Origin: Diplonema japonicum
Lineage: Eukaryota > Protista > Euglenozoa: Diplonemea
Direction of reading: 5' to 3'
DNA length: 64,000 nt
Assembly (NCBI GenBank): GCA_964019335.1
Contig: OZ025742.1
Span: forward strand, 1 to 64,000
In this document: positions 51,253 to 63,182 of the stretch, one piece after another
Numbering within the stretch: position 1 is the stretch's first letter
How the letters are laid out: the number at the start of each line of letters is the position of its first letter
Program-made: the position numbers and the translations under genes
Notes under the pieces: model-generated
Told to the model about the DNA's origin: nothing
Seen by the model: only the letters and a program-made list of their open reading frames with translations
Databases searched by the model: none

Positions 51253-54200
51253 ATGGAAGTGCGGAAGGTGCACGGCGGACGGGACCTGACCGGACAGGAC
51301 GTTGTGGTGGATGCAGTTGGAGGGCGGCCGTGGAGGTATTGGTACGCTGGGGAGCGGGTGGCAGGGCCGGCTGAGGGGCCGCGGGCAGGGGCGCTATATG
51401 TGGTGAAGAAGAAAGAAGATGAGCTGCAGCTGTTGGAGCGGGTGCTGGCTGCGGGAGAGGGGTGGTCGGTGCTGCTGGACGACGAGGGCCTCGGGGCGTA
51501 CAGGGAGGCGAGGGTGGAGGTGCAGCCTGGCGGGGCCTTCAGCGGGATGCGCACACCGCGGACGACGAACGGGGCACCCCCGCACAGGATCGCAGCGTTC
51601 TTCTCAAGGGGCCGGCGCCTCGTCGGGGGCGGGTGCGCGCTATCCCTCTTCACGGGGGTGGACCCGAACCAGCAGGGGGACATCGGGCGGGGGTTGCTGG
51701 ATGCGGTACCCGTGCAGGCGCTGGAGGGGAGGATCGAGGTGGTGCGCGAGGCGGGCGGGAACCACCCCGACTCGAAGGTTCTCCGGACACAGCTGGTCCA
51801 GTGGCTGAAGGAGAACGAGATGCGGCTGGTCCCCCGGGATGGATCCCTCAGGGACAAGGAGGTGGAGGCCCTGTGCAGGGGCTGCTGCGGGCTCCTCGCG
51901 GTGCTGGAGGACACGACGGTGGCGGCGGCGGCAACCCCCGGGGAGGAGCTGTTCTTCAACGTCTACGCGGCACAGGCGGTGGCGAAGCTCGGGCTGGCGG
52001 TGGTCCTCGCGGGGGGTCCTTCCGAGGAGCTGAAGGCGGCGTGCGGGGGGCTCGCGGAGAAGCTGAAGGGGAAGGCGGCGCTGGGGATGGTGTTCTACGA
52101 GCTGGACTGGCTGGAGACGGGGTTGGCGATGACCTCTGCAGAGTTCGATGCGCAGAAGGAGAGCGTGGACCTCTTGACCTCGTGTGTGACGAGCATCGCG
52201 ACGGCGGCACCGGGGCCCGTTCTCTCGCAGGTACTGGCTCTTGGGGTGAAGGCTTTCGAGGTGAAGGCGTCTGTTGACGAGCACAACAGGTACTTCGGAA
52301 TCGCTGCGGTGGAGCGCCTGAGCCTCTCCATCCGGACCTGGCTGGTCGGGACCTACAGCGGGGCCTCTCCCTCCCTCCAGAAGACGGCGGTGGAGGAGCT
52401 GAAGCGAAAGCTCTTCGACCTGCAACAGCAACAGCACCACCAGGGAGCGCGCAGGGGGGCCTCGGACTGGCGGGTCGCCTTCGCCTGGATCAAGCTCATG
52501 GTGGAGGTCCTGACCTTTCGCCCCATCCTCGTCGGGGACGACACCATCCAGAGGCTGGTGAACGACGACAGCACAGGGAGGTTGGCGGAGGCAGGGGTGA
52601 CCTTGGAGAGGCTGAAGGCACACGGCTGGGTCACGGAACACACCTTCAGCAAGCAAGACGGGAACTTCACGCGGTGCGTCCTGTGCGAGTCGTTTCCTGG
52701 CCTGTGGAAGGGAGGGGGTCCCGGGAACCCGACGGAGTACGTGAAGGCGAAACTGCGGTCCCTTCCGAAGCTCTCTGTTCCCCCGGAGCTCGAAGAGATG
52801 CTGGTGGCTGAGGAGACGTTGGATTCCCCTGCTACCGACACTGAAGAAGAAGGCAAGGCAGAACAAGAACAAGAACAAGAACAAGAAGGAGAAGAACAAG
52901 AAGAACAAGAAGAGGCTGTGTTCCACGGGCTTGCGTTTTTCGCGAAGATCGGGATGTCGACTGCTGAAGGGCTGCTGCAGGTAGTGGAAAAGGCGTCCGG
53001 GTGGATGCAGGACAAGCGGGCGAAGGTTGAGGTGTCGTCCACAGATGAGAAGACGGCGAAGGAGCTGTACAGCCACGCCCTGACAGGAGCGATGGATTTC
53101 GCGCTTATGTTCATGGATAACGAAATGAACCTGTGGAGGGTGCGAGACAGGGCTGTGGTGGCCTGCTTCGAGGCGCGGGAGGCAGTGGCGGGACCGATGA
53201 ACAAGGAGGAACTGGAGGCGGCGCTGACAGCATGCAAGGTGTACGAGACAGACGGGAGGGTACGAAAGACCCTGGAGAGCCCCGACCTGTACCGCGGGAT
53301 GGCAGGATTCCTGAAAGACTCGTGGGAAACGAAAGCAGAAGGGATCCTGGGAGGTATCAAGGCGACGATGGACAGCTTGGAGAAGCAGCAGCAGGTGCTC
53401 CTCCACTGCGATCCGAAGAAGCGTGGGGCTGCGGAGGCTGTGTTCAAGAAGGTGCACGCGGACCTCGGGTTCTTCGTTCGAAGCCTGTCGGGGATGCAGC
53501 AGATGCTGGAGGTGAGCCTGGAGTTCCTGATGGACATCCAGTACCGGCAGCTCGCAATGGAGCAGGACCTGAAGGAGGTGAAGGACGGGATGGAGAAGCT
53601 GGCGACGTTTCTGGACGCAAACGCAACGATGGAGGAGGTTTGTATAGAGCAGAAGAAGGAAGTGCTGTCGGCGAGGAAGGTGGCTTCGAACGACCTGTAC
53701 ATCAAGCTGTACGGGGACGTCGTGGACGACGAGGCACGGCTTCAGCAGGATGGAGACACTACCCTCATGGAACACGCCCGCAACATGCTCGCCGACAAGG
53801 ACAAGAACACCCTCCTCGTTACAGGGAAGTCGGGGAGCGGGAAGTCCACATTCATGAAGAAGCTCCATGCCCACCTCTGGGAGAGCTACTGGGGCTCCAT
53901 TGACAACAACGACATCGCTCAGAACAGGGACGAAGATGAGCATGCTAGCCCCGTTTTCACACCTGGTGAGAAAAAAGCTGCTAGCTGGAATGGCACGATG
54001 AGTGCAAACAATAAAGAATACGATCCTAACCAAGAAGAAGGCAGCCTATCGAATACCGATTCAGATGACCGCTGTGATCAGGTGAAACACCACGCACCTG
54101 TGTGCAAGAAGTGCCACACGATCCCTGTTTACGTTTCGCTTCCGAAGTTGAAGGACCCCAGCACGGGCCTTGTGGAGGAAGCATTTGCCGGGTGGGGCAT

Positions 54201-57200
54201 CCGCAGCGCGAATCGTCTTCGTAAGCTTCAACGGGACTGTCGTAAAGGGATCTACAGGTTGATCTTCCTGCTTGACTCGTACGACGAGATGGGTTCTGAT
54301 TTCCAGTACACGAACCTCTACCAGTCGAACAACCTCCGGAAGTGGGGCACCGAGTGGTTATGTGAAGGGGGGAAGAAAGACGCTGAAGGAATATACCCAA
54401 AGGTCATTATTTCGTCACGTTGTGAGTTCCTCGAATCGCACAGCAACTACAGGAGCTTCTTCTACCCCACACTGGAGTACACGTCAGGACGCTCTAGTGT
54501 ACTTACAGAGGTTAGGATCAGGGACTTCAGCACAAGGACGTGTGAGTACCTGAACAAGGATTACGTGCTAAAGGTTGAGAAGCTGGGAGCAGAATATAAT
54601 GTTGGCAGGAGAGAGGTTAAAGAAATACTGGACGCGGCGATGGCTTCGGGGGAAGACGTGCCTGGACAACAACGTTTGCTTGGTAGGGGGTGTTTCAGAA
54701 AGCAGCCTCTTTCAAGCGACACATCATACGCAGTACGCAGATTTGCCGATGAGCTGTACCACATCTGGTCCCCAAGCAGACTCTTCCACGCAGCGGACAC
54801 CAGTGTCAGCGAGCTGAAGTCAACACCCTTCATGCTCTCCATCTTGGTGAAGGTGATCCCCACCATGTTCTCAGAGCAGAACGACGAAGCCTACATGGAA
54901 GAGATGTTCCTGCGTACCCTCCCTGAGGACATCGGGAAGCAGCTCGTGGACCGCGCGAAGTACTACGAGTTCAGCGAAGCAAATCTCGGCAAGATAATTG
55001 ACTGCTTTGACCAAGCCAAGCAGGCGACCTTGAAGCAAACGGTGAAGCACGCGCTTCAGATCAGCACGCGTTCCAAGGCGATGCTGAAGTACGACACGTA
55101 CCATACGTTCGTCGACCAGCTCTTCGAGAACAGCCTTCCGAAGATCAGGAAGCGGAACAGTTCTGTTGCAGAGGAGGACCTCAAGTCCGACCTTCTGAAC
55201 TACAGCAAAACCCTCGCACGGCAGATGACCCTGAATGGCAAGGCCCGTGTACACTACGCAAACACAGGCAAGGCCTTCAGGAAGAAGACAGTATGGGAGG
55301 AACATTTCTCGTCGGACAGCACACTTCTGAAGGACATCAGGGACGGGGCACCTCTGTCCACGGAGAAGGCCGGGTTGGGTGGAAGGTACTATGCTTTCAT
55401 TCACAAATCGATTCAGGTGTGAAAAAACAAAACAAAAAGACAACACCCACATCTACATCAATAGGAGTTCTTCGTGGCACGTCTCATCTACGATGCGGTG
55501 ATGCAGTTCCCTCTGCTGGAGAAGCTGTCTGTTGTTCGTGGGTTTGTGGCCTACTTCCTGTCGGTCACGAGTCTGGATGAACTGAAGGCCAAGCTTCCTG
55601 GTGTACGCAGGCACTTTGTGAACACGTGTGCCAACAAGTTTGGGATCGAGACGAATTCTGTAGCAACCGCCCTGTTGCAGATTGTGGATGCACTAGAGAC
55701 AGACTGGTCACTGCTTGACACGGGATTGGTGATCAATGACAAGGCGATCTTGACACAGTTCCTGACCCCAAAGGTCCGTGCTGACAGAAAGTTTCAAAAA
55801 GTGCTGCTGTCCATCGTGGAGCTCTCGAAGCTTTCCTTTGCTGAGGTTCCTGCCGCCACCGCCATCAGTATCCTCAACACCGCCATCAGCTTTTCAGGTG
55901 TGCAAACCAAAATCGACAAATTCAACAAACACACCCCACAGGAATGGATCTCAGCCACGTCAGAGTAGAGGGCGCTGAGCTGAACAGTGCAATATTCGAC
56001 AAGACAGACCTCTCTCATGCGAAGCTGTGCAGGGCGAAATTGGCAAGGACGCACTTCCACAAGACAATCCTCGACGGTATTGACATGGAGGACGTGGACT
56101 TCAAGCAACAAGCGGACATCATGTACAAACACGTGGTGACAGTCGCCAATGTGAAGACAAAGAGCGGCGAGGAGCGGTGGGCGATGGTGTCGTGTCGAGG
56201 GGACGTGGTGGTGGAGGGCTTCCCGAAGGCGGCCTTTTCTAAAGGCTACACACACAAACAAGTGGTGTGTACATTCAGGAAGGAGGACGAACTGTTCATT
56301 GCGACAGACCGGGGTGTGTTCCTGGTGGTGATGATGGCGGCTGAAGGGAACGAACCAGCAAGACTCGAGATGAGGGAGACGGAACAGCTAGACTACGACA
56401 ACCAAGAAATCACGGCTCTGGCCTTTTCATGCGACGGCCGCACACTTGTATCAGGTACGAGCTGTGGCGATGTACGCCTCCTCGACCACAGAAGGCTTCG
56501 GGTGGTGGCGGGCACCCCATCAAAAGCCATCCGAAGCATTGCTGTTCTGAGTCTCCGTGAAAACGTGGCGCGGCATACCGTCCGTGTGTGCATGGGGTAC
56601 GCTGACGAGGTGTGCTTTGCTGCCAACAAGCCAGGCGGTTCTGGCCTGCACTGCACTGACGATAGCTCCAACGGCCTCCGCTCCATCAAAGCAAGTTACC
56701 CTATTGTAAGGTACGGCCCCCATGCTAGGCACCTCGCCGTGGCGGGGTGGAAGAGCAAGGGTAAGGGAGGTGCGTTCCAAGTTAGGATCATCAACAACAA
56801 GACACAAGAAGAGAGAGTGATCGAGGAGAAAGCATCTGAAAAAGGAGGGCTCGAGGCAATGGAATTCTCGGCGGACGGGCAAGTGATCGCTGTGGGGCTG
56901 TCACTCGGCGTGCGGACATGGTCAGTGAACACGGGTATCGAACTACGCAACTTCGAGATCCACAACGCGACGGCACTGTGCTTTTCGGAGTCGATGATGT
57001 ATGCAACTGCCAAACATGAGAACGTCCTCGTGTGGAACATCCAGAACTTCGACAAAATCCGCGAGCTGGCCGGACACTCCGGCGGGATCTCAGAAGCAGT
57101 CATATCCGCAGACGGGCAGTTCGTTCTGTCCCTCGGGGCCGCCGACCAGAAGATCAAGAAGTGGGACCTCACAACAGGAGAGCTTCGTCTCTCGACCACC

Positions 57201-58238
57201 CACTTCAACAACGATTCCACGATGGAGAACAAACCCAGAAACATGAAGCTCTGTGGTCCCCAGCACGTCGTGTGGACGGCGGAGGGCGTCGCATGGTCAG
57301 CTGACTACGGATGCTCAGACTTCCATTGCAAACGGCACAACGTGCGTGTGAAATCAAACGACGCTGTACTCCTGACAGAACACAGAGAGAAGAGAACGAT
57401 GTACGGCGTGCACGTAATGTCCGCAACACGTGACGACAGGCAGAACACGGTGGTGGTGTCGCCCGACTTGAAACACGCGTTTGTATCCGACGGACAAGAT
57501 ACAATACTGGTTAGGTTTCTGTCACTACCATTGTTGGAAGACTACCAGTTTGTCCCACCAGTCTCCGGCGGGGGGTCCGGGGTATGCTGCTTCAGCTCCG
57601 ACGGGTCAAAGTACGCAATGTGCACCAACTCGAAGTCCACAATCACTATCGGGGCGACAAAAGATCTGACAAAGAAGAGCAACACCACCTTCAACCTCGC
57701 CATCACACTGGACACCGTTCACAAAGTACCTTACGAAGTGGTGGAACCGGTGAGCAATGTGACCTGTTTGGAGATAAATGGTATCGGGCCGATGTGCTTC
57801 TCGTATAGTGGTGACTGTATTGCGTACTGTGCGAAGCCGTCGCCGCCGTCGGGAAGGCACTGCATTTGCATAGACCTTACCACAAAGGTCTCAGATGACA
57901 TTCACACGGAGCCTATGCACACTCTCTTCGGGCACCGTAATGTGATTAAAACACTTGCTTATAGATCGGATTACCTGGTCTCTGTTGGTGAGAAGACCAC
58001 CAAAGTCTGGAAGAAGTGGTACGATGACGACTGGCAGCCGCAAGAGGATTCCGACAGTGATGTTGCCTATACCAATAGTGTGGCTTACAATAAATGGCTT
58101 TTCGAGCGTGAGATATCGAAGGTGGAGACACCACTGGAGGTTGTTGACTGCGATATCAGCAAGTTGACCAATCTCTCTCTCGATAACAGAATGCTCTTAG
58201 AGCAGCGGCAGGGCACGGCAGAGAGCGTGGCACTGTAA
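51253..58238 (+). CDS. NLR-like STAND protein: N-terminal helical region, NACHT, pentapeptide repeats, WD40; introns 55417-55464 and 55898-55941
   Basis: GKSGSGKS, IFLLDSYDE, IISSR, TPFML; splicing restores HKSIQ-EFF and FSG-MDLSH; AELNS/AIFDK/TDLSH repeats; GH..WD repeats. Confidence 0.9.
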
Positions 58239-58508
58239 TTTTTTTTTTTTTTAAATTTTATTTTGTCTCTGGCAAATTTTCATTTCAACTTCCTTCAACT
58301 CCCCCCGTCCTTTCTCGGGTGGAATTCCCCCCCCCCCCTTTTTTTCTGGTTGGTTTTTTTTTTCTTTTAAAACCATCTCTCACCTCTTTTTTCACTCTAA
58401 GGCACCGGGTCATTTTTTTTTTTTTTTTCAAAAGGGAAAAAAAGAAAGGAAAAAAAAAAAAAAAAACGGTGAGCCTGGTTTTCTATTTTTAATTCGTTGT
58501 GAGACGCT

Positions 58509-58560
58509 TCAGGTGTCCTGCCACACCGCAGGTACCCTTAAATGTCTCTTTCTTTTTTAG

Positions 58561-58592
<32 letters not shown>

Positions 58593-58634
58593 GTGGATTT
58601 GTCTGTTTCTGGTTTTGTGGCGCGTGACTGGGAG

Positions 58635-58666
<32 letters not shown>

Positions 58667-58705
58667 ACATTTAAGGGTACCTGCGGTATGTGGCAGGACG
58701 CCTGA
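58509..58705. mobile_element. MITE-like element with ~45-bp terminal inverted repeats
   Basis: tcaggtgtcctgccacaccgcaggtacccttaaatgtctcttt / aaagagacatttaagggtacctgcggtatgtggcaggacgcctga; related solo arms at ~34946-34990 and ~35003-35045. Confidence 0.7.
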
Positions 58706-58908
58706 TGAAAAAAAAATGTATCGAGATATTTTCTCTTTTTTTTTTTTTTCTTTGCGTGTTTTTTCTCCTCTACCAATGTTTAACCCCCCTGCCGTCCGTC
58801 ATATCCTTATTCCTCCGCGGGGATCGGTTTGTGTCTATTGTCTGTCGTCCCCACAAAACTCCCCAAAAAAAAAAAAGAAAAAGACCCTGAGGGGGCAAAA
58901 AAAAAAAA

Positions 58909-60063
58909 ATGGGCCGGGTCGAAGGCTGGTACAAAGGCAAAACCATCTGTGCCCCGATGGTGAGGGTATCGAACCTGGCGTTCAGGTTGGTGGCCGCAAA
59001 GTACGGCGCAGACGTTGTTTTCACCGAGGAGCTCATCGCACAGAAACTGGTCAAAACAGAGAGGATTGTCAACAAGGAGAAAGGTGTGGTGGAATACGTC
59101 TTAACAGAGCAATGCGGCAAGGCGAAGAAGAAGAAACTCATGCAGACGCTCGTTTTCTCAACACTGACGAGAAAAGACAACACAGAGCACCCCGAGGGCG
59201 CCACCCTCGTACTACAAATGGGCGCGAACGACCCTGACGTCGCACTACGCGCAGCACAGCACGTTGAAGCCGACATCGACGGCATCGACCTCAACATGGG
59301 ATGCCCCAAGGCGTTTTCCATCAAAGGTGGAATGGGCGCAGCCTTGCTAACCGACCCCGACAAGGTCAAAGCCATCCTTTCAAACCTCTCGAAAAATCTA
59401 TCCATTCCCGTGTCTTGCAAAATCAGGCTTTTGGAAGACAAAACCGCAATGCTACACCTTCTCAAGGTTATTTCCGAAACCGGTGTGTCAGCTGTGACCG
59501 TCCACGCCCGTTTCAGGGAGCAGCGTTCGTCGGAGGTACCGAAAGTAGAGTATTTTAAAGAAATAATGGCGGAGCTGATCGATTTCCCGATTCCTGTGAT
59601 TTTCAACGGTGATGTGTGGGGTGTGAAGGAGGTGGAGGAAGTGAAGGGTCTGGAGAAGGTAGAAGGCGCTATGATAGCTCGTGGTGCGCTGCAGAACCCC
59701 ACCTGTTTCTCCCCGAGCCCGCTTGACAAAATAGAGGCACACTCGGAACTTTTGAAAAGCCACCTGAGATTCGGCGGGGGCATGCGCGAGGTCAAGTACA
59801 CCCTCACCCGCTCCTTCCAAGAACAGAAACAATACAAAACCCACTTCGACGCCATGCAACATGCACGCACAATACCTGAAATGTGGATTGCTCTCGGCAA
59901 CGATCCTGAGGACGCAGGGTTCTTGGAGCTTGTCAAGGCGCACAGCGACCCGTTGAGGATCATCGATGGTGTGATCGAGGAGTACGAGGTGGCACGGAAG
60001 AGGCGATGTGAGGTTGAGGAGGTGGAAGGAACTGGCAAAAAAGCAAGACTGGATGCAGCGTAG
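58909..60063 (+). CDS. DUS2: tRNA-dihydrouridine synthase 2-like
   Basis: APMVR, YGADVVFTEE, DLNMGCPKAFSIKGGMGAAL, SCKIR, VHAR, NGD, MIARGA. Confidence 0.9.
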   Translation: MGRVEGWYKGKTICAPMVRVSNLAFRLVAAKYGADVVFTEELIAQKLVKTERIVNKEKGVVEYVLTEQCGKAKKKKLMQTLVFSTLTRKDNTEHPEGATLVLQMGANDPDVALRAAQHVEADIDGIDLNMGCPKAFSIKGGMGAALLTDPDKVKAILSNLSKNLSIPVSCKIRLLEDKTAMLHLLKVISETGVSAVTVHARFREQRSSEVPKVEYFKEIMAELIDFPIPVIFNGDVWGVKEVEEVKGLEKVEGAMIARGALQNPTCFSPSPLDKIEAHSELLKSHLRFGGGMREVKYTLTRSFQEQKQYKTHFDAMQHARTIPEMWIALGNDPEDAGFLELVKAHSDPLRIIDGVIEEYEVARKRRCEVEEVEGTGKKARLDAA

Positions 60064-60435
60064 TGAATGAGAATAGGGTGATCCCCTACCCAACCCCCTT
60101 TTGCGGCGCCCGACGTGATGCCGGGGGGTCATAAAATATTTTTTTTTGAGTTTATGGGAGAATAATAAAAAAAAAAAAAAAAGCATTGAAAGAAATCAAG
60201 GGGAGTGGGAAAAAAAAAAAAAAAGAAGCCCTCCCTCTATCATCTTCCCCCCCCCCTTTTTTTTTCTTTTTACATGGTGGGATCGTTGCTAACAAAAATA
60301 TCCCAATCATCGTTTTATTTGTGTATTTTTTGTTGTCTTCCGTTTTTTTTTTTCTTTTTTTTTTTCTCTTTTCCTATATAGTCGACAAAGAAAGTGCTTA
60401 CAACACCACCCTCCAACCTCTCCCCTCCCCTTTCA

Positions 60436-61248
60436 ATGACTACCATTCAGTATAAAAAAAGGCCTGCATCGGAGTTAATTTTAGTAATTTTGGTCTTATT
60501 CTTTATATCTGGAGCGATGGCTGACACAGGACCGGGGCCTTGCAAGGTAGACATCGGTGAGGTGGTACTTTTCGGTGATTCTATAACTCAACAGAGTTTC
60601 AGTGTGGGTGGCTGGGGTGCCCGCTTGGCTGATTACTTCCAAAGGCGTGCCGATGTGATGAACAGAGGCTTCAGCGGGTACAACACAGCATGGGCGTTGA
60701 GAGTCATGGATGGCATGTTCAAGAAAATGTCGAAAGTGGAGCTCGTGATCGTATTTTTCGGAGCCAACGACGGTGTCAAAGACGGGATGGGCCCCACCAG
60801 CAGACAGTTTGTTCCGGTAGAGAAATACGGGGAAAACCTGGAAAAAATTGTACAAGAGATTCGGAGCCAAGCAGGTTCCGAAACAAGGATTCTCCTGCTG
60901 ACGCCACCGCCTACCACCAGAACTGATGAACGTATCAATGACAACACAAAGCGCTACGCAGTGCAGGCCGGCAAAACCGCGGCCAAGCTGGGGCTTCCCT
61001 CATTGGACCTCCACACAAACATGACCGCTCTCCCTGACTGGGAGGGGTTCTTCCGCGATGGACTCCATCTCTCTCCTAAGGGAAACGAGGTGGTGTATGA
61101 CTTGCTCATCTCGGCGGTAGAAGCAGCCTACCCAGACCTCGCTGTCGCACGCTGCCCCCACACCGGGTCCACCGGAAACGCTGGGGCCCGTTCTTCTTTG
61201 ACCCACTACCAACCCTTTCATGGGGAGTTCTCGCGTGAAGAGCTGTGA
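60436..61248 (+). CDS. IAH1: SGNH/GDSL hydrolase, IAH1-like, with N-terminal hydrophobic segment
   Basis: FGDSITQ, NRGFSGYNT, FFGAND, DGLHLS. Confidence 0.85.
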   Translation: MTTIQYKKRPASELILVILVLFFISGAMADTGPGPCKVDIGEVVLFGDSITQQSFSVGGWGARLADYFQRRADVMNRGFSGYNTAWALRVMDGMFKKMSKVELVIVFFGANDGVKDGMGPTSRQFVPVEKYGENLEKIVQEIRSQAGSETRILLLTPPPTTRTDERINDNTKRYAVQAGKTAAKLGLPSLDLHTNMTALPDWEGFFRDGLHLSPKGNEVVYDLLISAVEAAYPDLAVARCPHTGSTGNAGARSSLTHYQPFHGEFSREEL

Positions 61249-61322
61249 AATTTCCAGCATTTTTTTCTCCCCTCACTCGAAAAAAAAAAAAAAAATTGCC
61301 AGGGTTAGGGGGGGAAAAAAAA

Positions 61323-62996
61323 ATGGAAGGCCCTGCGTCCTACGGATGGGTGGAGTCTGTACTCGGTCCTCCACCAGAGCGAGCACCTGACAGAGTGGAG
61401 GACAGCAACACGACACGCGTGAACGTGAAGGTGGACTGGGATGAAATCCAACGGCAAAGAGAGATATCGGAGGGAAGAAGGAGGGACAGGATGGCACGGA
61501 AAGGATTCTCTGGCGGCGTAGCGGGAAAAGAGGAGAAACGCCGACTAGAAACAAAGCGGGAGGAAGACGCGCAGAGGGACAAGCTGTACAACTGGGAAAG
61601 AGAGACAAAACCTAAAGTAAAGCTGCCACCGCTGGTGGATGTCGACAAACAAAAGGGCGAGCGGTGGAGACACCAGACGCTAATCGGCTTCACGCAAGTG
61701 GACAACGAGATCAACAGAAACTTGAACAGCCGTGAGATCGACGTGCTCCTCAAAAAGGAAACCGCACACCGAACAGAAATCACTTCCATCGAAAAGTCCG
61801 AATCAAGCGTCATACAAAGAATGGCCTACATACGCACCTTAGCTTCTTCAACGGAGTGCCGATTTCACAGAGAGCAAAACCCAGGTCTGGTGACAGATGC
61901 TGAGGTGTTTTATCACTTCCTGTCATTAAAAACCTCGCGGGTGATCGAAATGCTTGAGAAGAACGAAGTGTCGGGCAGGACCGGGATCGTCGCGGAGGAG
62001 CAGAATGAAACCACGAAGCTGTCCTTACGGCTGTTGACGTTGCAGGGCATCGTTTGCGAAGGAAAGGTTCCATCGAGCTCACCGATATACGCGGAAGAAC
62101 AACAACGGGTCCACAGAAATATTGTATACAAGGAAGAAGAGAAGGAGTTTCAACAGTGTATCATCTCGTCAGTACAGATCCACAAGCACGCGGCTAAAGG
62201 CCGCGAGGCAATCCGGTTGGAAAGAGACCTCGCTGCATCCACAGCGCTCGCCTCGGAAGAGCGGGCACAACGTAGCGTGGTGGTGGCAGAAGAGAGCTGC
62301 GGCCAAGACAAACTCTGGATGTCGTGGGACTTATATACGAAAAACACCACACAGGCACTGCTTTGGAGGGTTTTAAAATCAGAAGCGTCTGCAAGAGTCG
62401 ACATCGAGGCTCAGGAGACAGACAGCTTCGAACAAATTCAAATTGATTCCCCGGCCATCGCACATCTGAACAAGCTGCTTCGCGCAATGACCCTCACAGA
62501 ATTACTAGAACATTCTGAACACGGCTGCCGGCGATCTTCATTGACAGAAGCAAAGCTTGAATTCGACATAATTGAACGCAAATACTCGCAATATTCCAGC
62601 TGGCGGCGAATCCTAATCGATGAAGCACTCCGCCGCGACCTCGCTGTCCAGGAAGAAGCGGTGGAATTCACAAAGCTACGAATACTGTCTGCCGACAGCT
62701 ATGCTTCCGCGGAGCGCGACGAAAAGACGGAGCTGGAAGACATCTGGGGGGTGCTGTCGGAAATACCTTCGGACAACCACTGCGAATCGCTCCCCGAAAA
62801 AGAGGCGGACACGGAACAAAAAATACAAGAAGAAGAGGAACCCGAGGTACCCCAAGAAGAACTGCCCCAAGAAACAAACACCGCTTCTTGGGAGCGTTTT
62901 TCCACCGCCGCCAACGCCGCAGCTCCTTTCTACACAATCGACGATGGCGATGACGCTGTTGAGGAGAGACCTGATCCGTGGTCCAAGCTTGCTTAA
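61323..62996 (+). CDS. Hypothetical helical protein with ExxxRxxIxxxE repeats
   Basis: Long ORF; ETAHRTEITSIE, EVSGRTGIVAEE, EASARVDIEAQE motifs. Confidence 0.75.
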   Translation: MEGPASYGWVESVLGPPPERAPDRVEDSNTTRVNVKVDWDEIQRQREISEGRRRDRMARKGFSGGVAGKEEKRRLETKREEDAQRDKLYNWERETKPKVKLPPLVDVDKQKGERWRHQTLIGFTQVDNEINRNLNSREIDVLLKKETAHRTEITSIEKSESSVIQRMAYIRTLASSTECRFHREQNPGLVTDAEVFYHFLSLKTSRVIEMLEKNEVSGRTGIVAEEQNETTKLSLRLLTLQGIVCEGKVPSSSPIYAEEQQRVHRNIVYKEEEKEFQQCIISSVQIHKHAAKGREAIRLERDLAASTALASEERAQRSVVVAEESCGQDKLWMSWDLYTKNTTQALLWRVLKSEASARVDIEAQETDSFEQIQIDSPAIAHLNKLLRAMTLTELLEHSEHGCRRSSLTEAKLEFDIIERKYSQYSSWRRILIDEALRRDLAVQEEAVEFTKLRILSADSYASAERDEKTELEDIWGVLSEIPSDNHCESLPEKEADTEQKIQEEEEPEVPQEELPQETNTASWERFSTAANAAAPFYTIDDGDDAVEERPDPWSKLA

Positions 62997-63182
62997 AATC
63001 TTTTTATAAAGGCCCCCCCCCCCCCCCCCCCCCCACGCACACACAGTAGTTTTTCTAAACACTCGGTTTTTTCTGTTTTGTTTCTTTTTCTATTTTTTTT
63101 TTTTTCCCGTACCCCCGAGTTTTTCAAAAGAAACCAAACCAACAGGTCATCAAAGAAAGGGGGAATTAAGAAAGAACAAAAA

